Shown here: positions 33,510 to 44,288 of the stretch, piece after piece
Position numbering within the stretch: position 1 is the stretch's first letter
Layout of the letters: each line of letters begins with the position of its first letter
Assembly: GCA_009692505.1 (NCBI GenBank)
Contig: SHZC01000005.1
Coordinates: forward strand, 745-64,744
Reading direction: 5' to 3'
DNA from: Myxococcales bacterium
GTDB taxonomy: Bacteria; Myxococcota_A; Bradymonadia; UBA7976; UBA1532
DNA: 64,000 nucleotides
Program-made: the position numbers and the translations under genes
The notes under the pieces: model-generated
Seen by the model: only the letters and a program-made list of their open reading frames with translations
Database searches by the model: none
Told to the model about the DNA's origin: nothing

Positions 33510-36500
33510 TCAGTTCTCCCGCGTCACGAAGAGGGTCTGGCGGCTCGAGAGCTGCTCGTCTTCGCGCGCGATCACCGTGATGCGATTGACGCCCGCGTCG
33601 AGGGGGAGGCGCGCCGAGAAGCGCATGAGCGCGCGGTCCCCGTCGGCCCGGGCGTTCGACTTGAAGTAGACTTTTTTATTGTTCACGTAGATCAGCAGGT
33701 CGCGCACGAGGTTCACCGCGAGGGCCTCGCCGCTCAGGGTCAAGGAGTCGCTCTTGGTCTCGGCTTTGCCGTGGTCCGACAGCGTGATGACCGGAGGGCC
33801 GACCAACGGGGCACGCTCGATGCGGCCGCTCGGCTCACTCGGCTCGCCTCCATCCGGCGTCGCCGCCACGTCGTCCTGATGGACCCACGCGAAGAGCTTT
33901 CGCTCCAGCGGCACCCGATACCAGGCACCGAAGCGCCCATCGCTGCGGATCGGCTGTCGAGAGACCTGCGCCCGATGAGCGACGGGGGCCGCGCTCGAGG
34001 GCGTACCCCGAAGCCTAAGCTCAGAGCCGGTCTTGGCCGTCAGGCGCGTCCGCTCAAGGGCGACCGGTTCGCCTCTCGGCACGGCCAACAGCGTCAGCTT
34101 CTCGCTCGTGCCCTCGCGAAGCTCCCCATCGAAGACTCCGATGGAGATGGGCAGGTCGGGCTTGACGAGCAGCTCCTTGGCCCGAAACGAGAGGCGCGCG
34201 TGCCCAATCTGACCGGGCAGGAGCTCCAAGAGATCCGCCCTGCCGCGCTTGATGAACACCGGCCGCAGCTCGTCCTCTTCGACGGCGTTTAAGGCCACCT
34301 GCGCGCCGAAGCTCTTGCCCTTGCCGACGTTCTGCACATCGAGCACCACCTCGACCTCCTCACCCATCTGGATCAAGCCGTCGCCGTTGCCGGTCACGCT
34401 GTCGTCGAGGGCGTAGCTCAAGGCGAATCGCGGGCGCTCGAGCTGGGTGACGGAGAGCCGGGTCTTGACCTCCGCAGGGGCGTGGCCCCCCTCCTCGAAG
34501 AACTCGATCCGCACGGCGTCGCGGCGGGACAACGCGTGGCGCGGGGCCTTGAGCTTCAGTACCCAGGTCTTTTCGGCGCCGGGCTCGAGGGTGCCGAAGA
34601 GCAGCTCATGCCCGTCGAAGAGCTCGTTGTCGGAGCGGGTCAAGGCATGAAGATTTCGCAGCGCGCCCGGGCCGAGATTTCGGACCGTGGTCGTCACAGT
34701 CGCCGTCTCACCCGCCACGATCTCCCCGGCGGCGGGCTCCGTCACGACGGTGATTTGAGCCTCGGGCGCGGGCCCGCTCGACGCACGACGGGTGAGGGGC
34801 GTGGCGGTCCACACGATGCCCCGTGCGGAGAGCGCGGCCACGATGCCCGCCATCTCCGCCTCGGTCTTGGCCAACAGCACCCCACGCACGTCCGAGAGGA
34901 AGGCATCTCTTCGCCCGGCGTCCGTCGAGGCGATGAGGTCCCGGGCGAACGCGATCTCGAAGTCCACGATGAGGTCGTTGGGGTGGTCCTCGATCTCGCG
35001 GGCGAGCTTGGGGTCGAGCAGGTACCTCAGGGTCAACTCCGAGCGCACAGCCTTCGAGATCTGGCTCGACTCATGGTCGAGGTGGCCCTCGAGCTCCTTC
35101 TCGCCGGTCTTCAGGCTCTCGCTTCGGAAGAAGTCCGTGTCCTCGTCCGTGAGCACGACCGGCAGCGTGGCGATGTCCGGCACGATGCCCACCGACTGGA
35201 TGCTGATGTCGCCGGGCGTCAGGTACTGGGCGATCGTCAGCTTCAGTGCCGAGTCATCTTTATTGTCGTAGATGACCTGGACTGAGCCCTTGCCGAACGT
35301 CTGCTGTCCGATCACGACCGCCCGCTTATGGTTCTTCAGCGCGCCGGCCACGATCTCGCTGGCACTGGCACTCTGGCGGTTCGTGAGCACGACGAGGGGG
35401 TAGTCCTCCTCGGTGCCCACGCCTATCGCCATCTTCGGCTCCCGCAGCTTGTCGCCATAGCCGACGGTCGTCACGATGGGCCCGCTCTCCACGAAGCGGT
35501 CGGCGATCTTTATGGCCTGATCGAGCAGGCCGCCGGGGTTGTCGCGGAGGTCGAGGATCAGGCCGTTGAGCGGACGCCCCACGCCCCGAAGGTCGTTGAG
35601 GGCGACCTCGACCTCATCGTCCGTCGTGTTCTGGAAGTTGCGGATGCGGATGAGGCCGACGCGGTCCGCGAGGAGCTTGTGGTCCACGCTTTGGACCTTG
35701 ATGTTGGCGCGCGTCAGCGTGAACTTCCGGGGCGCCTTCCAGCCCTCGCGGACGATGTGAATGTCCACCTTGCTCTTGGGGGTTCCGCGCAGGAGGTCCA
35801 CGGCGTCCTGAAGGGCCATATTGACCGTGCTGTCGAGGTTGATCTGGACGACCCGATCCCCGGGCTTGATGCCCGCATCTGCCGCCGGCGTATCAGGGAT
35901 GGGATTGACGACGACGAGGTGCCCGTCCTTCACGCTGATGACGATGCCGAGGCCGCCGAACTTGCCCCGCGTCGTCAGCTTCATCTCCCGGTACTCATCA
36001 GGCCGCATGAGGTTGCTGTGGGGATCAAGCGTCGAGAGCATCCCGTTGATCGCCGCGTATTCGATGTCGTCGAACTTCGAGTAGTTCAGGAGGTTGGGCT
36101 GAATGAACCGGAAGATGTCGCGGAACTTAAACGCGGTCTGCCAGAGGCTGTCGACGTCTCGAAGCTCGAAGGCCTGCTCGGCTTCGTTGACCCGCACGAG
36201 CAAGCGGGTCGGCAGCTCGTTGTCGTCGCGCTCGACCTGAACGAGCAGCTCGGGCACCTGCTGCTGAACCGCCTCCATGGCCGCCCCGACCATACGTCGC
36301 CAGTTTATGCGCGAGGGGTCGACGTAGTTTTCGTGGATCTGCCGTATCGCGCGATCGAGGACGACGAGGTGCGTGAGATCGTAGGCCGGATTTCCGTCGT
36401 TCTCGCTCTGCGCGCTCGCCGGTCGGGCCGTGAACTCGAGCTGCCAGTCCGGATCGCCGAACTCGTACGAGATGCTCACGTAGAAGGCCGCGAACAAGGC

Positions 36501-36533
36501 GGCCAGCGCGATCACGGGCCTGTAGATGGGCAT
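33510..36533 (-). CDS. S41-family C-terminal processing peptidase with PDZ domain and ~450-aa C-terminal extension
   Basis: A TM anchor (MPIYRPVIALAALFAAFYV) and a PDZ domain (GGLGIVISVKDGHLVVVNPIPDTPAADAGIKPGD) are present. S41 motifs are LILDLRDNPGGL and SASASEIVAGALKNHKRAVVIGQQTFGKGSVQ. I chose the ATG at 36533. Confidence 0.85.
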   Translation of the reverse strand: MPIYRPVIALAALFAAFYVSISYEFGDPDWQLEFTARPASAQSENDGNPAYDLTHLVVLDRAIRQIHENYVDPSRINWRRMVGAAMEAVQQQVPELLVQVERDDNELPTRLLVRVNEAEQAFELRDVDSLWQTAFKFRDIFRFIQPNLLNYSKFDDIEYAAINGMLSTLDPHSNLMRPDEYREMKLTTRGKFGGLGIVISVKDGHLVVVNPIPDTPAADAGIKPGDRVVQINLDSTVNMALQDAVDLLRGTPKSKVDIHIVREGWKAPRKFTLTRANIKVQSVDHKLLADRVGLIRIRNFQNTTDDEVEVALNDLRGVGRPLNGLILDLRDNPGGLLDQAIKIADRFVESGPIVTTVGYGDKLREPKMAIGVGTEEDYPLVVLTNRQSASASEIVAGALKNHKRAVVIGQQTFGKGSVQVIYDNKDDSALKLTIAQYLTPGDISIQSVGIVPDIATLPVVLTDEDTDFFRSESLKTGEKELEGHLDHESSQISKAVRSELTLRYLLDPKLAREIEDHPNDLIVDFEIAFARDLIASTDAGRRDAFLSDVRGVLLAKTEAEMAGIVAALSARGIVWTATPLTRRASSGPAPEAQITVVTEPAAGEIVAGETATVTTTVRNLGPGALRNLHALTRSDNELFDGHELLFGTLEPGAEKTWVLKLKAPRHALSRRDAVRIEFFEEGGHAPAEVKTRLSVTQLERPRFALSYALDDSVTGNGDGLIQMGEEVEVVLDVQNVGKGKSFGAQVALNAVEEDELRPVFIKRGRADLLELLPGQIGHARLSFRAKELLVKPDLPISIGVFDGELREGTSEKLTLLAVPRGEPVALERTRLTAKTGSELRLRGTPSSAAPVAHRAQVSRQPIRSDGRFGAWYRVPLERKLFAWVHQDDVAATPDGGEPSEPSGRIERAPLVGPPVITLSDHGKAETKSDSLTLSGEALAVNLVRDLLIYVNNKKVYFKSNARADGDRALMRFSARLPLDAGVNRITVIAREDEQLSSRQTLFVTREN

Positions 36534-36876
36534 GGCGACCTCAACTTCGAATCCATCGTTCGAGTATACGACCAGCGGGCCGTTCTGATCTTTAGGCAGG
36601 CGGGCGACGGCCCGGGCAGGGCAATCGCACCTTGAATCGGGACGACGTGCTCGGTGATCCCTGCGCCCCTCGAGGGGTCTGTGACGCTGGGTGAAGGCGA
36701 CTGCGTGACGCTGCGGGGGGTCGACTCCCGGCGCAGTGGCCCGGGGTGGTGCGCCCGACCCCTTGGCGGCTGACGGTGGCTCGCTCAGAGGGCGCACGCC
36801 GTCGGAGGCTCTTCGTTGGCGCGTCGGGCCGGTGTGCCCTGTTGCGGTCGCGTATCAAAGAGGTCGCCTCGACGCC

Positions 36877-37489
36877 GTGTCGAGCCCGCACCCACACGAC
36901 GCCTTCTTTCAGGACGTCTTCTCCGATCCCAAGAACCTCGCCGCGCTCGTGCGCTCGATTCTGCCGGCGTCGGCGGTCGCACGGCTGGACTTCGAGCACT
37001 TGACGGTGCTGGCGGACCGTTACGTCGACGAGGCTTTACAAGCCTTCGAGACGGATCTTCTGGCCCTGGTCCCGATTGTAGAGGCCTCGGAGGAGGCGAC
37101 CGGGGCGTTCACCGATCTGCTCGTGGGGTGCTCGTCGAGCACCAGAGCACCCATGACCCATTCATGGCGCTGCGGGTCCTCAGCGACATCGCGCAGGTCT
37201 GGCAGGCTTGGCGGCGCGATCACCCGGAGGCGCGGACGCTGCCGATTGCCGTGCCCATCGTCGTCTATAACGGCGAGCGGCCATAGACGGCGATGGGGCC
37301 AATCGGCGCGGTCGCGTGGAGGGCCGCGTGGAGGGTGAGCGCGCCCTGCTCCGAGCGCTCATCGTGCACAAGTTTGGGGTCATTCCGCGATCGGTCGAAG
37401 CGGCCCTCGAGACCGCCGATGAACCGTCGCTCTCGGTCTGGGCGGAGCGCATCTTCTCGGCCCGGTCTGCGGAAGATGTCGTCGCCTAG
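36877..37489 (+). pseudogene. relic of an Rpn/YhgA-like PD-(D/E)XK recombination-promoting nuclease (putative transposase)
   Basis: The N-terminus VSSPHPHDAFFQDVFSDPKNLAALVRSILP lies in one frame. The segment VLVEHQSTHDPFMALRVLSDIAQVWQAWRRDHPEARTLPIAVPIVVYNGERP lies in another frame and ends at a TAG. A DUF4351-like tail RVEGRVEGERALLRALIVHKFGVIPRSVEAALE...WAERIF lies in a third frame, and the middle of the gene is missing. Confidence 0.65.
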
Positions 37490-37785
37490 CGGGCGATCTG
37501 TGCGGAGACCCAGTCCCGACAGAGGCCGTTCAAATCACCAACCTGGCCACACCACTCGATGTGCACCCAATCGTCGGCACCGGCGAGCATGCCGATCAGG
37601 GTCGACAGGATGATGCCCGACAGCGGATGAAGCTTGGTCAGGTTCACCCGCGGACCCGGCATGTCCTCGAAATAGGACGTGATCACGGTGACGCGGTCGC
37701 TCGGCATGGGCTGTTCCTCCGCCGGCCGCCACTGGAACGTGCGCGCAAGCCCAAGCCTCAGATTGCGCATACTTGCGATTGTCAA
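37486..37785 (-). mobile_element. truncated ISAs1-family (H-repeat) transposase N-terminal fragment
   Basis: The sequence YFEDMPGPRVNLTKLHPLSGIILSTLIGMLAGADDWVHIEWCGQ matches the DDE_Tnp_1-associated N-terminal domain. Only about 75 aa remain, and no DDE core follows. Confidence 0.55.
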
Positions 37786-37875
37786 TGACGATCACGTGCA
37801 GTCGCCCTGACGGCCCGGGGCACCACGCTTGACAGCTCGCTTCGCCACAGCCTAAGAGCCCGCATCGGAGGTTTC

Positions 37876-38280
37876 ATGGCTGAAAAAATCGACCGTCCCA
37901 CGATTCTCGTCGCCGACGACGACGAGGAGATTCGCCGAATCGTGCGCAAGCTGCTCGAGAAGAACGGCTACCACGTGATTGAGGCAAGGGACGGCGAGGA
38001 GGCCTTGTCCCTGCTCATCGAGGAGACGCCTCAAGGGGTGATCCTCGACGTCATGATGCCCACCCTCACCGGCTGGGAGATCTGCAAGTACGCGCGGACG
38101 CACCCGGCCTACGAGAAGACGGCGATCCTGATGCTCACGGGCATCGGCCGCACGGTCAACGAGATGACCTCCCCGCTTTATGGCGCGGATGCCTATCTCG
38201 ACAAGCCCTTCGAGCTCGTCGAGTTGAAGAACACACTGAGCCGCATTTTGGCTGAGCGGGGGGCTGAGCGGGGGACCTGA
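37876..38280 (+). CDS. single-domain response regulator (CheY-like)
   Basis: The canonical receiver residues are present: ILVADDDEE, VILDVMMPTLTG, LMLTG and DAYLDKPF. Confidence 0.85.
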   Translation: MAEKIDRPTILVADDDEEIRRIVRKLLEKNGYHVIEARDGEEALSLLIEETPQGVILDVMMPTLTGWEICKYARTHPAYEKTAILMLTGIGRTVNEMTSPLYGADAYLDKPFELVELKNTLSRILAERGAERGT

Positions 38281-38311
38281 ACCGGAAGGTCGCCCACGGG
38301 CCTCCGCCGTT

Positions 38312-40830
<2,519 letters not shown>

Positions 40831-40834
<4 letters not shown>

Positions 40835-42729
40835 GCCAAGACGCTCGTTTCTTCGGCGTCCAGCGCGTCGCCGAGAACGCGGGCGTCGAGGTGTTGGGCC
40901 CGCAGATTCAGCTCGCTTGCGGTGTCGGTCCGCCCTGTCAGCTCGTGAATCTCCGCGAGGAAACGGAAGGCCTGAGCGAAGGAGGGATCACTCGAAACCG
41001 CGCGTCGCACCAAGTCCTCGCCTTCGGCCAAAGCCTCCGACGACCCGGCCACGGCGAACAGGGCCCGCCCATAATGCGCGATGTACAGCGGCTCCTCCGG
41101 ACGCGCGGCATGGGCTCGGGCGAAGGCCTCATTCGCCGCCGCGAGCTCACCTTTGCGCCAGTGGGCCTCACCCGCGCGGAACCACTCCTCGGCGTCGAAC
41201 ACCGGGAACATCGACGGCACGGCGTTCACGGCGGGCAGTTGCGCGTCGTAGCTCTCGCGCAGCCGGGGGTCCGAGAGCACGCCGAAAGCCTGCCCGACCT
41301 TGATGAAGACCTCCTTCGCGCGGAGCCGAACATCGAAGTCGGGATGTTCAACGAAGCGGTCGGGATGAAAGTCCCGGCAGATCGCCAAATATGCGGCCTC
41401 GAGCGCGGCCTCGTCTGCGCCGCGTGGAAGCCCCAAGACCGCGTAGTGCGTGCCGCCGCGAGTGGCGAGGTAGCGGGCGAGGACCTGTTCGGCGGTCGGG
41501 TCGGACGTGTGTGGCGTTTGAGCGTCGAGCTGCTCTTCGGTGTCGAGGATGTACTCGAAGGCGACCCGCCCCGGCAGCGTAGACTGCTCCGGCAAGACGT
41601 CGTCGTCGACGCAGACGGCCCCGGCGGCGCGCAGGACGACGAGCACCGCGGCCGCTCGAGTGGCTGCGAGTCGGAGCCCGTCGACGAGGTCAGCCACTGT
41701 CTCTGACCGGGCGATGACCTCGCTGAGCGGCGGGTCGCGCTGCACCCGATCGAGGAAGGTCTTGAGCTCGTCGACGACGGGCGTGCTCGTCAGGCGCTGC
41801 GTCCGAAGAGCCTCGAGCTGCGCCCGGAGTGCCGACGAGTCGTGACGTCGCAGGACGCCATCGATGAGCAGGGTCAGAGGGTTCATCGGGAACATGAGCT
41901 TGTCGTCGATGAACCGATCGTCACGATAAAAAGCATAACGTGCGTCGTCCCAAGTGAAACACCGCGCGACCCGCTCACGAACCTGACCCCGCAGGAGCGC
42001 GTACACCCCCTGATTGTTCAGGATGCCGAGGGCCACGAGCGCTTCACCTTGGCGCACGCCCTGGGCACGCATGAACCGGAGGACGTCGGCGTGCTGCGAC
42101 TCCGACAGCGAGCCGCGCGCAAGCAAGAAACGACCAAACGTCTCGGAGAGCAGGTTGCTCTCGGCGAAGACGGGCAGCCCCTTGAGCAGATAGATGTCGC
42201 GTCGGACGCCGTCCCTCTCGAGGCGCAGCATACCCGTGGCGGACTGGCGCAGGAGGGTGAGCAGAACGGACGAGAGCGCGTCGCCTTTGAGTTCGCCGGA
42301 GATGGAGATGGGTGCCTCGGGTTCGGGCGGCGCCCCATCGAAACGGCTCCCGAGCGCCGACTCGAGCGCCATGAGCAGCTCAGGCACCCGGAACGGCTTG
42401 AGCAGGAAACCCTGCGTGAATCCGGGACCGTGCTGGAGCAAACGCACCTGCGCCTGCGGCGACGTCGCCATGACCACAACCGGGACCTCTTCGTCCAAGC
42501 GGCGAAGGTGATCGACGACGCGCCCCCCCTCGACGCCGGGTACGAGGTGCTCGACCAAGACCAAGTCTGGCCGCCGATTTTCGAACTCGACGAGCCCGGC
42601 TTGACCATCGCGGCAGAGCGTCGGCCGGAAGCCCGATCGGGAAAGGACCTCGACCAGCTTGTCGCCGATTCGGGGGTTGTCCTCGATGATCAAAACGTGG
42701 GCGCCAGCTGATTCCAAACGACCCTTCAT
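40831..42729 (-). CDS. atypical receiver - DUF4388 - MshEN-like - J-domain - TPR protein
   Basis: The receiver domain (HVLIIEDNP...DLVLVEHLVPGVEG...VVMATS...LLKPF) has Glu at the phospho-acceptor position. Other regions are GMLRLERDGVRRDIYLLKGLPVFAESN and a J-domain (HYAVLGLPRGADEAALEAAYLAICRDFHPDRF). I chose the ATG at 42729. Confidence 0.8.
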
Positions 42730-42812
42730 ACCACCCCCGGTCGGATGCCTGCCAGAAACGCCCGGCGACTGACATTGAATCTCGCGCACGGGGCGTGCTA
42801 AGCCGCGCCGCC

Positions 42813-44180
42813 ATGCGCGTCTACGCGATCGTCTTCTTCCTCGCGCTCGGGGTCTTTGGCGCCTTCGCGGGGCCACGACTGCTCATGCACAGCAGCGACA
42901 ATCACTTCGTCTACCTCGCCGACGCGTTCATGCACGGGCAGGCGGAGCTGACTCGGAAGCCCCATCATCAGAATGATTGGGCGAGCTACGAGGTTCTGCC
43001 GCTGAAGGGTGACTCCGCCGCGGCCCACGGGGAGGTCGTGAAGGGGTTCTTCACCAAACGCGGCGGCAAGCCCGATGAGTTCCGGCTCTTGAACGGCACT
43101 CAGATCACCGTGCCGGCCGCCGATCGGGGCGAGGCCGAGCGGAAGTACTTCGTCTCCTTCCCGCCTTTCCCCGGGGTGCTCATGATCCCCTTCGTGGCGG
43201 TCGCGGGGTTCGGCGCCAACGACGTGGTCTTTACCGTGCTTTTCGCAGCGCTCAACGTGCTGCTCCTCTACCTGCTGCTCAAGAGACTCGTCTCCATGGG
43301 ATACAGCGAGCGCACGGAGACTGATAATCGTTGGCTCACCGCTCTTTTTGGGTTCGGGACTGCTCATCTGTGGTGTGCCTCAATGGGTCAGGTGTGGTTT
43401 ACCGCCCTGATCGTCGGCGTCTCCATGCATCTGGCCTATGTCTATTTCTCTCTGGATACGAAGCGGCCCGCCCTCGCCGGTCTCTTCCTCGCGGCCGGGT
43501 TCGCGTCCAGGACGCCCTTGCTCTTTGCGTCCGCGTTTTTTGTCTATCAGCTCATCTGGCCGGTCGTGGGTGAGCGCGAAGCCTGGCCCGCCGTCGCCCG
43601 GAAGTTGGCCCTGTTTGTCCTTCCGTGCCTCGTCATGGGCCTCTCACTCCTGCTGTACAACGCGGTTCGCTTCGAAAACCCGCTCGAGTTCGGACACTCC
43701 TATCTCGCGACAGGCACGATCGCGCGGATTCGAGACTTCGGGCTCTTCAACCTGACGTTTCTGTCCAGAAACCTGACGGCCGCGTTCACCCTCCTGCCGA
43801 GCGTGGACAGCGCGTACCCCTATCTGCATCTGAGCAAGCACGGGATGAGCCTCTTGTTGACCACGCCAGCCCTCGTTTGGCTGCTCTGGCCCCAGAGAAA
43901 ACACAAGATGGCCCGCGCCATGGGGCTCTCCGCGCTCTGTGTCGCGGTCCCGCTCTTCTTCTACCAGAACACGGGATGGGAGCAGTTCGGCTTCCGGTTC
44001 TCCCTTGACTTCATGCCCTATCTCATCGGCTGTCTGGCGCTCGGCGGTCGACCGATCAACCGGACGTTCAAGGGGCTCATTATCGCGGGCGTGCTCGTCA
44101 ACGCCCTCGGAGCCGTGACCTTCAAGCGCGGTGGGTTTGGCTCGCTCTACAGCGACTACCTCTGCGAGGAGCCGAAGTAA
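42813..44180 (+). CDS. polytopic membrane protein, GT-C-type glycosyltransferase-like (ArnT/PMT-like)
   Basis: About 11 hydrophobic segments are present, with a large first loop. The family assignment rests on overall architecture only. Confidence 0.5.
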   Translation: MRVYAIVFFLALGVFGAFAGPRLLMHSSDNHFVYLADAFMHGQAELTRKPHHQNDWASYEVLPLKGDSAAAHGEVVKGFFTKRGGKPDEFRLLNGTQITVPAADRGEAERKYFVSFPPFPGVLMIPFVAVAGFGANDVVFTVLFAALNVLLLYLLLKRLVSMGYSERTETDNRWLTALFGFGTAHLWCASMGQVWFTALIVGVSMHLAYVYFSLDTKRPALAGLFLAAGFASRTPLLFASAFFVYQLIWPVVGEREAWPAVARKLALFVLPCLVMGLSLLLYNAVRFENPLEFGHSYLATGTIARIRDFGLFNLTFLSRNLTAAFTLLPSVDSAYPYLHLSKHGMSLLLTTPALVWLLWPQRKHKMARAMGLSALCVAVPLFFYQNTGWEQFGFRFSLDFMPYLIGCLALGGRPINRTFKGLIIAGVLVNALGAVTFKRGGFGSLYSDYLCEEPK

Positions 44181-44288
44181 GAGGCGCCGCTTTTTTCACA
44201 AATCGCCCGCCGTCAAAGCGACACGGCCTGGGATTGACCGACCTCTAATGCGAGCCGCAGTACGCGGCGCATCCAGAGGACCCTGCCC

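Noticed and set aside
35328-36635. A 435-aa plus-strand ORF.
   Set aside because: It is antisense to the S41 protease, whose PDZ and S41 motifs are in the minus frame.
44181-44196. GGCGCCGC followed by TTTTTT after the GT-C-like gene as an intrinsic terminator.
   Set aside because: A T6 run is unusual for this GC content, but I could not build a convincing stem-loop, since GGCGCC is only self-complementary with no loop. I left it unannotated.
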